Assembly: GCA_963727715.1 (NCBI GenBank)
Contig: CAVSGX010000006.1
Location: 12,632 to 76,631 of the forward strand
Length of the DNA stretch: 64,000 bases
DNA from: an uncultured bacterium
GTDB taxonomy: Bacteria > Patescibacteriota > Minisyncoccia > Phycocordibacterales > DATDWN01
Direction of reading: 5' to 3'
Translations under genes and position numbers: made by a program
The notes under the pieces: model-generated
What the model was told of the DNA's origin: nothing
Database searches by the model: none
What the model saw: only the letters and a program-made list of their open reading frames with translations
Part shown: in pieces, positions 28,588-36,915 of the stretch
How the letters are laid out: the number at the start of each line of letters is the position of its first letter
Position numbering within the stretch: the first letter of the stretch is position 1

Positions 28588-30504
28588 ATGTTTATCATCA
28601 CCATCATCCCCATCTCCCGAGGTATTGGCAAGGACACGCTCTCCTATTTCACGGCCGAAAAAATCGCGCCGGGCTCGCTTGTTTCTGTGCCGATTCGCGG
28701 TAAAAAATCGTACGGACTCGTCGTCGAAATCAGGGAGGCGCGCGAAGCCAAAACCGAGCTGAAAAATTTGCCGTATGCTATGAAAAAAATTGAAAAAGTG
28801 GAACAACATTTTTTTCTGCAGAATTCTTTTATTGAATCCGCGCAAGCTATGGCCGACTATTATGCCACGACAGTCGGCAGTGTGCTCTCGCAACTTGTGC
28901 CCAAAGCCATCTTGGAATCAAATGTTTCGTTGACCGGTAAAATAAAAGATCTAGTGGAACCCGAAACAGAACATCAAATTCATCATCGTGAGATCCTGCT
29001 TGTCCAATCAGCCGATGAAGAGCGCTACGGCGCGTACAAAAGTGTCATTCGCGAGGAGTTTGCCCGTGGCAAAAGTCTTTTTTTCTGCTTGCCGACCATT
29101 GAAGATATAAAAAATCTTGGCCAGACTTTGCAGAAAGGCATTGAGAATTACACTTTTGTTTTGCATAGTCGGCTCTCCAAAAAAGAAATCATTAATGTTT
29201 GGCAAAAAATTCTGGCCGAAAAACATCCTGTGCTCATCATCGCCACGGGCTCGTTTTTATCTCTACCTAGAGTCGACATTGGCACGGTTATTGTTGAAAA
29301 AGAAAGTTCGCGGGTTTACAAAATGCAAACTCGGCCGTTTTTAGATATTCGGACAGTGGCCGAAATCATAACCAAGAAATCTGGAGTCCGTCTTATTTTT
29401 GGAGATCTGTTTTTGCAGGTTGAAACGATTTGGCGACAAAAAAATGGTGACTGCAGCGAATTATCCCCTCTTTCTTTTCGTCTGCTTTCAACTTCCGATT
29501 GTGTCAAAGTTGATATGCGCCAGCCGGCTGATATGAGAAGGAAAGAATTTAAAATTATAGACGACAAAACCAAAGAGACTTTGCTTGTGGCCAGAGAAAA
29601 TTCGGAGCGGACATTTATTTTTTGCAGTCGCAAAGGTCTTTTCCCCCAGACCGTTTGCGCCGATTGCGGGACTACGGTAGTCTGCAAAAACTGTGGCGCG
29701 CCTGTTGTTTTGTATAAAAAAAAGCTTGGTAATGTTTTAAAAAATCTTTTTGTTTGTCATCATTGCGGAGAAAGAAGCGAGGCTGATGTTTTGTGTCAAA
29801 AGTGTCACGGCTGGAGACTTTTGACTCTCGGCATCGGTATCCAAAATGTGGCCGAAGAGGTTAAAAAAATTCTACCAAAATCTGAAATTTTTGTGATGGA
29901 TTCCGACAGCGCGACCACTTACAAAAGAGCAGTCAAGATTGGCGATGATTTTTTCAAAACTCCCGGCGCGGTTCTCTTGGGTACCGAGATGGCTCTGCCA
30001 TTTTTAAATCAAAGCGTGGAAAACAGCATCGCTTCTTCTCTTGATTCATTTTTTTCCATTCCAGATTTTAAAATCAATGAAAAAGTTTTTCACATTCTTC
30101 TTCAGATGCGCGTTGCCACAAGCAAAAAAATGTTGGTCCAAACTCGTCAACCGGAAATTTCTCTTTTTGATCAAGCTCTCTCCGGCAATCTGATAGATTT
30201 TTATCGCGACGAAGTGAAAGAACGCAAAAATCTGAATTACCCACCATTTGTCAGATTTATAAAATTGACCATTCAAGGAAACAAACCGGCAATCAAAGAA
30301 CAAATGGGAAAAATCAAAGATTCTTTGAGACCATTTGAACTTTCCATTTTTGAAGCCTTTAACTCCGGTTCTGAAAAAAAATCAACCATACACGGTCTTC
30401 TATCTATCTTGCCGACAGATTGGCCGAATGAAAACCTTTTGGAAAAATTACGCGCGCTTCCGCAATTTGTTCAGATTAAAATAGACCCAGACACACTTTT
30501 ATGA
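28588..30504 (+). CDS. priA: primosomal protein N' (PriA) with degenerate ATPase motifs
   Basis: 638 aa; PriA zinc-binding cysteine cluster (CADCG...CKNCG...CHHCG...CQKCH) and helicase C-terminal domain. The Walker A position reads SADEERYG (expected GSGKT) and the Walker B position reads VEKESS (expected DEEH). Confidence 0.75.
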   Translation: MFIITIIPISRGIGKDTLSYFTAEKIAPGSLVSVPIRGKKSYGLVVEIREAREAKTELKNLPYAMKKIEKVEQHFFLQNSFIESAQAMADYYATTVGSVLSQLVPKAILESNVSLTGKIKDLVEPETEHQIHHREILLVQSADEERYGAYKSVIREEFARGKSLFFCLPTIEDIKNLGQTLQKGIENYTFVLHSRLSKKEIINVWQKILAEKHPVLIIATGSFLSLPRVDIGTVIVEKESSRVYKMQTRPFLDIRTVAEIITKKSGVRLIFGDLFLQVETIWRQKNGDCSELSPLSFRLLSTSDCVKVDMRQPADMRRKEFKIIDDKTKETLLVARENSERTFIFCSRKGLFPQTVCADCGTTVVCKNCGAPVVLYKKKLGNVLKNLFVCHHCGERSEADVLCQKCHGWRLLTLGIGIQNVAEEVKKILPKSEIFVMDSDSATTYKRAVKIGDDFFKTPGAVLLGTEMALPFLNQSVENSIASSLDSFFSIPDFKINEKVFHILLQMRVATSKKMLVQTRQPEISLFDQALSGNLIDFYRDEVKERKNLNYPPFVRFIKLTIQGNKPAIKEQMGKIKDSLRPFELSIFEAFNSGSEKKSTIHGLLSILPTDWPNENLLEKLRALPQFVQIKIDPDTLL

Positions 30505-30516
30505 TAAAGTGAAGTT

Positions 30517-31050
30517 ATGGTAAAAATTATTCAAAAGGAAAATCCAATATTGAGAAAAAATGCGCTGGAGGTGCCGATTAAAGAAATCCGAACACCAAAA
30601 ATTAAAAAAATCATTGCCGATATGAAAGTGGCTTTGGCTAGAGAAGAAGATGGTGTGGCCATCGCCGCTCCACAGATTGGTTATCTCTTGCGCATTTTTG
30701 TGGTTTCCGGCAGAGTGGCTCATTTGACCGGAAAAGCTGGCAAAGACGAATTTAGAGTAGATGATTCAATTTTCATAAATCCGGCTATCAAAAAATTATC
30801 TCGCAAAAAAGAAATGGACGAAGAAGGTTGTCTTTCCGTCAGATATTTATACGGCAAAGTTAAAAGATCTTCAAAAGTGACGATTGAAGCTTATGATGAA
30901 AATGGTAAAAAACGTTTGACTGGCGCTTCCGGACTTTTGGCCCAGATCTTTCAACACGAAGTGGATCATTTAAACGGTGTGCTTTTTACCGATAAAGCTT
31001 CTGATGTTGAAGAAATAATTCCACACCACATCATCACAAAACAAAAATAA
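30517..31050 (+). CDS. def: peptide deformylase
   Basis: 177 aa; GVAIAAPQIG, EGCLS and HEVDHLNG motifs. Confidence 0.9.
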   Translation: MVKIIQKENPILRKNALEVPIKEIRTPKIKKIIADMKVALAREEDGVAIAAPQIGYLLRIFVVSGRVAHLTGKAGKDEFRVDDSIFINPAIKKLSRKKEMDEEGCLSVRYLYGKVKRSSKVTIEAYDENGKKRLTGASGLLAQIFQHEVDHLNGVLFTDKASDVEEIIPHHIITKQK

Positions 31051-31051
31051 A

Positions 31052-31930
31052 ATGTCTGATTCAAAGAAAAATTGGATGTTTTTTGGCACCTCGCGTTTCA
31101 GTGTTTTGGTGCTGGAAGAATTAAAAGCTGGTGGTTTTTTGCCGAATCTCCTTGTGACCGTGCCGGACAAACCAAAAGGTCGCAAACTTGTCCTGACTCC
31201 GCCGGAAGCGAAAGTTTGGGCCGAACAAAATCAGGTCGCCTGCATTCAACCTCAATCTCTACGAGAAGAAAAAAATCCAGGCATTTTGGAAAAAATCAAA
31301 TCATATTGTCATGATGGTTTTGATTTTGCCGTTGTTGCTTCATACGGCAAAATTATTCCACAAAATGTTTTGGATATTCCTCGACTCGGTATGCTCAATG
31401 TTCATCCTTCACTTTTGCCAAGATTGCGCGGGGCTTCTCCCCTGCAAAGCGCTATTCTAAATGAAAACGAAACCGGTCTCTCCATAATGCGTTTGGACGC
31501 GGAAATGGACCACGGCCCGATTGTGGCTCAAAAAAAAGTTGCTGTGGAAGAATGGCCACCGTATGAAAGTGATCTGGAAAACTTGTTGGGACGCGAAGGA
31601 GGAAAATTGTTCGTTGAAAAATTGTCTGATTGGCTGGACGGAAAAATTAAAGAAGTTGAACAAGATCACAGCAAAGCCACTCTTTGTCAAAAAATAGAAA
31701 AAGAAAATGGGTTACTGAATCTGGAAGACTCAGCCGAGACTAATCTGCGCAAGATTCGCGCTTATCATGTCTGGCCCGGAGCATATTTTTTTGCAGAACG
31801 TAACGGCCAAAAAATTAGGGTTATTGTTAAAAAAGCCAGTATTTCAGACGGCAAACTTGTTTTGGAAAGAGTTGTGCCGGAAGGAAAAAAAGAAATGGAT
31901 TACAGCGCATTCCAGAGAGGTTTGCACTGA
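31052..31930 (+). CDS. fmt: methionyl-tRNA formyltransferase
   Basis: 292 aa; formyltransferase N-domain (FFGTSRFS...NVHPSLLPRLRGASPLQ) and C-terminal domain. Confidence 0.85.
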   Translation: MSDSKKNWMFFGTSRFSVLVLEELKAGGFLPNLLVTVPDKPKGRKLVLTPPEAKVWAEQNQVACIQPQSLREEKNPGILEKIKSYCHDGFDFAVVASYGKIIPQNVLDIPRLGMLNVHPSLLPRLRGASPLQSAILNENETGLSIMRLDAEMDHGPIVAQKKVAVEEWPPYESDLENLLGREGGKLFVEKLSDWLDGKIKEVEQDHSKATLCQKIEKENGLLNLEDSAETNLRKIRAYHVWPGAYFFAERNGQKIRVIVKKASISDGKLVLERVVPEGKKEMDYSAFQRGLH

Positions 31931-32085
31931 CTATTCGCTGTAACCGGAAATGGATGTGGACGCCAAATTATCGCCGACAGATGCGCCGGTTTGCATCAAG
32001 TATAGGAGCACGATAATAATAAAGATACATCCAAAAACAAAACTTACCAAAACTGGATTGGCCTTTTGATTAAAACTACCAATTT

Positions 32086-32448
32086 TCATCTGTATAATCT
32101 TTTTATCAAATTTTTTATTCTGCCTGAGCCATGCCGGAAAACAGTCAGATATTTTTTTCGGCTAGAAACAATTTCTCTTTCAACCTCGTCGCGCATTTTA
32201 TCAACAGCAGCGTAAAGGTCGTCCTTTTCGGCCAACACATAAAATTGTCTGCCTTCACAGCTCACGTTGGCTTCGGCCTTGAAAATTTCGCCGGATTTAT
32301 GATGGCCGGTCGTTTTGGCCAACTCAATTTCGACCAGTGTATTATCCCGATCCTTCAAAAATTTGGACAATGACGACAATTTTTTAAAAACATAATCCTC
32401 AATCGCTGGCGACTTTGGCAAATTGGTAAATTTAATTTTAATATTCAT
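32086..32448 (-). CDS. hpf: ribosome hibernation-promoting factor (HPF/RaiA family)
   Basis: 120 aa; sigma-54 modulation protein / S30EA fold signature. Confidence 0.75.
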   Translation of the reverse strand: MNIKIKFTNLPKSPAIEDYVFKKLSSLSKFLKDRDNTLVEIELAKTTGHHKSGEIFKAEANVSCEGRQFYVLAEKDDLYAAVDKMRDEVEREIVSSRKKYLTVFRHGSGRIKNLIKRLYR

Positions 32449-32499
32449 GTTTGAATTATATCACTGGCAAAATTTTACTACCAGTTTTCATTTAAAAAA

Positions 32500-32715
32500 C
32501 TAATCACCGACTGACAAGAGCTTGCTTGGCGAGTGATGACCGCTAATAATCCTGACCTTTTTAGTTTTGTAAATATCGGAAATAATTTCCAAGACTCGCC
32601 GATTAGCCAAATTGTTTTTGGCTTTTTCTTTAATTGATATTACGAAATGATCATCCGATTTTTTCTCCACCTTTTCACTTTTGGCCCCAGCTATGACCAT
32701 GACTTTGATGTACAT
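32500..32715 (-). CDS. DUF167/YggU-family small protein
   Basis: 71 aa; VISIKEKAKNNLANRRVLEIISDIYKTKKVRIISGHHSPSKLL matches the YggU pattern (..GKAN.al..fLa......v.ivsG..sr.K.l). Confidence 0.45.
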   Translation of the reverse strand: MYIKVMVIAGAKSEKVEKKSDDHFVISIKEKAKNNLANRRVLEIISDIYKTKKVRIISGHHSPSKLLSVGD

Positions 32716-32828
32716 AAAGATATTGTATCACCTTTTAATTTTGCTTTTTTACCCAACTTTGATATTATGGAATTGCGCAAAAACGCGCAAACATTCCGCG
32801 GTAGCTCAGTGGTAGAGCGATCGCCTGT

Positions 32829-33436
32829 GTCGAAAGGTTCTGTGGTATACTTTATATATGTATACCAAAAAAAAAAGAAACCAGAACCTATGCCGACCGT
32901 GCCGAGTATATGCGCATGGCCGTAAAACGTAGAAGAAAAAAACTTCGCGAAATGGCCAGAGCATCCAAAGGCAATAAATGTGCAATCTGCGGTTACAAAA
33001 AGTGTCAACGAGCTTTAAGTTTTCATCATATAAATCCTTCCAAAAAAGAGTTTGATCTGTCATCAAGAGGACTGACCAGATCTTGGAAGAAAATAGAAAA
33101 TGAAATTGAAAAATGTATTCTCGTTTGTGCTAATTGTCACGCAGAAATACATGACGGCATTACGCAGCTTCCTAAAGTAATTTAGGTTGAAAAATGAGGT
33201 GAATTGCTGGAAACCCTAATCTCGCAAAAGAAGGGCAATCAGCAGCCAAGTCCCTCACCAGATTTGTTTTGAAAATTTTCAAGACAAATCTGGTGAGGGG
33301 AAGGTTCAGAGACTATCTCGCAAGAGAGTAGCCCGATGCAAATCGGTCGAAGCGCCCCACATCCGACTAAATTTTTGAAAACGAAAATTTTAGGGATGAT
33401 GATATAGTCCATCCCAGAAGAAACTCTGGATTCTAT
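32829..33436 (+). other. group I intron (~608 nt) with an HNH homing-endonuclease ORF
   Basis: conserved group I core elements: P aattgctggaaa (33211), Q aatcagcagcc (33240), R gttcagagacta (33304), S gatgatatagtcc (33393), a long P6 hairpin, and a terminal G before the 3' exon. The 5' exon ends in U. The HNH ORF lies in the 5' peripheral region. Confidence 0.8.
32910..33185 (+). CDS. HNH homing endonuclease (intron-encoded)
   Basis: 91 aa; CAICGYKKC...HHINP...N...CANCHAEIH, the classic HNH/His-Me finger with two zinc-binding Cys pairs. Confidence 0.75.
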   Translation: MRMAVKRRRKKLREMARASKGNKCAICGYKKCQRALSFHHINPSKKEFDLSSRGLTRSWKKIENEIEKCILVCANCHAEIHDGITQLPKVI

Positions 33437-33463
33437 GTAAGCGATTGGTCGTAGGTTCGATCC

Positions 33464-34948
33464 CTACCCGCGGAGCCAAATTGTATGTTGCGAGTTTATT
33501 GCCTCGGCGCTTCGCGCCTCGGCAGGCAGATTGTATAGTATTTGCCAAGATTTTTTGGGTTCAATCGCCACTTTTTGCGAAAGCAAAACGCGGTTCGAGC
33601 CAATCCTTTTGAGAAAATCCCGTCCCGCGACGGGATTTTCTTGCAAAGCGATAATTTTGGCTTGTTGAGCCGCTAAAATGAATTGTCTTGCCGGTTCGAG
33701 CCAATGATTGCCGTTTCGCTCAAAATCCTTTGATTTTTCGGAAAGCTCGGATTTTTCGTTGATGATTTTTTCTTTTTTAGCGGTATATTCCTCGCGCGAA
33801 ATTGTGCCGTCCAAATGCGCGTCTAAAAGCAGGTCGAGCTTTCCTTCAAGCTCTTTTATTTTGTCTTTAAGATTTTGAGCGAAAACGGCTCCGCTTTGGG
33901 CGGCTTCCGCTTCTTCCTTGTTTAATTCGCCTGAGCATCCACTCCGCCCAAGCGGAAGACAAAGAAACTTTTTGAAGCTCGTTTGAAACTTCTGGCGGCC
34001 AAAACTTCCTCGCGGATATATTTTTGCGAACATTGATTATCCCGCTTTTTGGTGCAACGATAATAGTTATGTCCTTTTTGCGTTTCGGAAGTGATGGCGC
34101 ATCCGCACTCTCCGCAAACGAGCATATTCCTAAACGGATATTCTTTTTGGCTCGGCTTTTTCGGGCGCGAACGATCCGCCATAACTTTTTGGCACGCTTC
34201 AAAAAGTTTCTTTGGAATCATTGGCTCGTGCTTTCCGTCATACATTTCGCCGTTGTATTTGAAAACTCCGTAATAAAATGAATTGGAAAGTATGCTTTGG
34301 ATATTGGAGACGGAAAGCATATTTTTCTTTCGGCTCAACAAGCCGGCGGAAGTTATTAACTTCCGCACATCTTTCAGAGAATAATTGCCGGTTGCGTAAA
34401 GTTCAAAAATTTTGCGAACGAGGCGAAATCTTTCAGGGTCTTTATACATTGTATGCTTTAGCAAGTCGTTCAAATATCCAAGTGGCGCGTAGCCGGGCAA
34501 TTCGCCTCGGCGCAATTTTTGACGCAACCCTCGTTTTAGTATTCTCTGAAAGATTATCAACAAAGTATTTTGATTGCCCAAAAGCGATATTCAACATGAA
34601 TTTGCCTTGCGGGGTTGGCTCAAACCAAAATGTCGGGGATTTTAGCGCTTTGATTTTTCCCGTATCGATCAAGAAAATAATCCGTCCGCCGTCTATGCTG
34701 TTTCTCGCTAATCTGTCGGGGTGCCACGCTAAAATCCCCTCGGCTTCGCCGCTTTCCATTCGTTTGAGCATATCGTTAAAAATCGGTCTGCCCGGCTCTT
34801 TGGCAGTTTGTGATTCGCGAAAAGTCGCGGCGATCAAAAGATTTTCCCGCAAGGCAAATTCTTTCAATTCGGTTTCTTGCGCTTCCAGCGACAAAACTTG
34901 TCTGTCGTCCTCGTCCGTTGATTTTCTAATGTATAAAAAATATTTCAT
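33464..34948 (-). pseudogene. large serine recombinase split over three frames
   Basis: frame 1 (34442..34948): resolvase catalytic domain YIRKSTDEDDRQVLSLEAQ...HPDRLARN. Frame 2 (33922..34581): recombinase domain plus zinc ribbon GELPGYAPLGY...CGECGC...YYRC. Frame 3 (33464..34033): coiled-coil C-terminus. The two frame switches lie near 34530 and 33990. Confidence 0.75.
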
Positions 34949-35175
34949 ATCGCTTTTGGGCTGTTAAAAATTATCGCTTTGCTTTCCGCCTTCGGCGGAA
35001 TAAAAAGGATTGGCTCATAAACTTCGTTTATCCGTTGCTTCGCAACGGCGAACCGCGTTTTGCTTTCGCAAAAGGTGGCGATTGAACCGAAAAAATCTTG
35101 GCAAATACTATACAATCTGCCTGCCGAGGCGCGAAGCGCCGAGGCAATAAACTCGCAACATACAATTTGGCTCCG
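33470..35175. mobile_element. serine-recombinase element bounded by ~130-bp terminal inverted repeats (element A)
   Basis: 33470..33600 and the reverse complement of 35046..35175 are about 97% identical (cggagccaaattgtatgttgcgagtttattgcctcggcgcttcgcgcctcggcaggcagattgtatagtatttgccaag...). The left inverted repeat overlaps the last 8 nt of the tRNA-Asn (cggagcca). Confidence 0.8.
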
Positions 35176-35461
35176 AACGCTGAACGAAATCCGAACTTTT
35201 TTTAGCGAAAATCCGAACGCTGAATTTTGAAAAACTTTTAAGCTCGGGCGGGCAAAAAGGAAGGGGGTTGGGGGGAAGGAATTTTTGCCCGCCCTCGCTT
35301 TTCCGCCGCCGCCGAATTTCGTATTTCGCTTTGCGAAATGCGCCGCCAAAGAAGATGTTGCCCTTGCCCCAGCCCTCCCGTGCGCGGGCAACGACAAGGA
35401 ACTCCCTTTTAGTTTGCCAAATTTTAATATTTTTGATACCATTACATTAAGCAAGTTGATA

Positions 35462-35483
35462 TACACTCACTATAAGTAGTGTA
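35462..35483 (+). promoter_or_regulatory. palindromic candidate operator upstream of the HTH gene
   Basis: tacact-N10-agtgta perfect inverted repeat 30 nt upstream of the HTH start, beside TTGATA and TATTAT/TATAAT-like hexamers with non-ideal spacing. Confidence 0.3.
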
Positions 35484-35512
35484 TTATAATAGTTTAACAA
35501 AGTCAAAACAAT

Positions 35513-35713
35513 ATGGCAAATTCAGTAAGCGAAAACATCCGAAAATTGCGAATCAAAAAAGGAATCTCCCAAGATCGCCTCTCAAAAGACGCTGATTTAG
35601 CGTTAAATACAGTTGTGAAGATAGAAACAGGCGAAAGCCCGAATCCTACCGTGGATACATTAGAAAAAATAGCCAAGGCCCTCGGCGTGCCGGTGGCGGA
35701 ATTATTTAAATAA
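35513..35713 (+). CDS. XRE-family helix-turn-helix transcriptional regulator (controller-protein-like)
   Basis: 66 aa; IRKLRIKKGISQDRLSKDADLALNTVVKIETGESPNPTVDTLEKIAKALGV, a typical Cro/C1-type HTH. Confidence 0.8.
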   Translation: MANSVSENIRKLRIKKGISQDRLSKDADLALNTVVKIETGESPNPTVDTLEKIAKALGVPVAELFK

Positions 35714-35720
35714 AAAAACT

Positions 35721-36644
35721 ATGACTAAAGAAACAAAATTTTATAAAGCACTTCAAGATATTTTTATTGGCGCCAAAATTGAAGGTGAAGGCGGGTTTAT
35801 CAATTTAATGCGGATTAAAGCCGGATACTATTCGCAGATTGAAAAACTGCTTAAAGAAGATATAAACAAAGCCGTCGTAAAATATCCCGCTTTTAGAGAA
35901 GAACTTTTTGACAAGCTCCATTCATTTTTTAGTCGTTACTTTACCGAAAGCGGATCAATTTATTTTAATTCAACGCCTTTCCATAACAATATTTACGAAA
36001 AAGTTTATACCGATGAAAAAGATGTCATTCTGTTTTGGAAAACGCAGATGCTCTACTATGTCAAAACTGACCGCATTTTTAGAAGTATGCCGGTTGAGTT
36101 TGACGGCCTGAAATTTTATTTTGACGCCAGCCAAATGGAAAATAAAAAAGCGAATGAAAAACGCGCTTTATATTTTGAAATTAAGCAGATTCGCGAAGAT
36201 GAAACAGTCGTCTTTACTGTTAAATATTCCGAGCGAGGAACGAAGACAAAATCCGATGAAATTCTAAAGGATTTAAAAAAGAAGAATATCAAAATTACCG
36301 AAGAATTGCTTGAAAAAGCTTTCCGCATTTTTGAAAAACAAAGTGAAGTTGATTTCTTTATCAATAAAAATGCGAATGCTTTTTTGCAGGAACAATTTAA
36401 ACTTTGGAGCTATCAGTATTTTTGGGAAGGAGCTAAGGAATGGTCTGGGGACAGGGTTAATCAATTACAGATTTTGAAAAGCATCGCTTTCAAAGTAATT
36501 GATTTTATTTCTCAATTTGAAGATGAGTTGGTGAAAGTTTGGAATAAGCCAAAATTTGCACGCAAAAGCAATTATGTGATTACACTGGATAGAATCACAG
36601 ATAAAAAAATAGTTGAAAAAATACTAAAACATGTCTGGAATTAA
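35721..36644 (+). CDS. hypothetical protein (307 aa), intact, co-transcribed with the R-M genes
   Basis: uninterrupted ORF with no motif I can name; its stop overlaps the mod start (ATGTCTGGAATTAA), which is operon-type coupling rather than a frameshift. Confidence 0.5.
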   Translation: MTKETKFYKALQDIFIGAKIEGEGGFINLMRIKAGYYSQIEKLLKEDINKAVVKYPAFREELFDKLHSFFSRYFTESGSIYFNSTPFHNNIYEKVYTDEKDVILFWKTQMLYYVKTDRIFRSMPVEFDGLKFYFDASQMENKKANEKRALYFEIKQIREDETVVFTVKYSERGTKTKSDEILKDLKKKNIKITEELLEKAFRIFEKQSEVDFFINKNANAFLQEQFKLWSYQYFWEGAKEWSGDRVNQLQILKSIAFKVIDFISQFEDELVKVWNKPKFARKSNYVITLDRITDKKIVEKILKHVWN

Positions 36645-36915
36645 AGATCAAATAAAAGAATGGCAGGAGCTTGGTATCGTTGATGGTAAATTTAAGGTAA
36701 AAGATGTAGAAGATAAAAAATATGAGCATTTACCGGTAGACACAAAGTATTTTAAGGATTTAGAAATTGAAATTTTGTCTTTGTTTGACGATTTAGACAA
36801 TCAGTTAGATGGCTGGCTGATAAAAAGCGAAAATTATCAGGCGTTAAATACAATACTGCCGAAATTTAAAGAACAAGTACAAACAATATACATTGATCCG
36901 CCATTCAATTCTTGA
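36631..36915 (+). pseudogene. Type III R-M methyltransferase (Mod) N-terminal fragment, truncated after motif IV
   Basis: GWLIKSENYQALNTILPKFKEQVQTIYIDPPFNS* is the beta-class N6-adenine MTase N-terminus ending at DPPF. Downstream 36916..37970 is stop-riddled, but a degenerate motif I can still be read out of frame (VMDYFCRFGALVWLSAHKMKMKWIGVE, compare D.F.GSGTT...GR.wIGiE). Confidence 0.7.

Larger units (their letters stand above)
32795..33477 (+). tRNA. tRNA-Asn(GUU) gene interrupted in the anticodon loop by a group I intron
   Basis: 5' exon 32795..32828: acceptor tccgcgg, D-arm gctc-agtggta-gagc, anticodon stem atcgc, loop start ctgt. 3' exon 33437..33477: loop end taa, stem gcgat, variable loop tggtc, T-arm gtagg-ttcgatc-cctac, acceptor ccgcgga, discriminator G, CCA. 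The reconstructed loop cugUUaa, U1-A72 and G73 match bacterial tRNA-Asn. Confidence 0.8.

Noticed and set aside
32795-33477. tRNA gene duplicated partially by an integrase (attL/attR pair)
   Set aside because: Integrase-mediated insertion duplicates the 3' part of a tRNA and leaves one intact copy. Here there is a single 5' half and a single 3' half that together make exactly one tRNA. The insert carries the P, Q, R and S intron elements.
33430-33478. tmRNA 3' end (tRNA-like T-arm plus acceptor plus CCA)
   Set aside because: The matching 5' tRNA half, with D-arm and anticodon stem, lies 600 nt upstream. The intervening DNA has group I intron core elements. A split tRNA-Asn explains it better than ssrA.
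35268-35450. 60-aa ORF MGGRNFCPPSLFRRRR... and its twin at 41078..41278
   Set aside because: Both lie entirely inside the two copies of the element B terminal inverted repeat, so the 'conservation' is just the repeat. There is no RBS. They are spurious.
35456-35490. Sigma70 promoter for the HTH gene (TTGATA ... TATTAT/TATAAT)
   Set aside because: Spacer lengths are 20 or 23 nt, outside the 16-19 range. Only the tacact-N10-agtgta palindrome is reported, as a candidate operator at low confidence.
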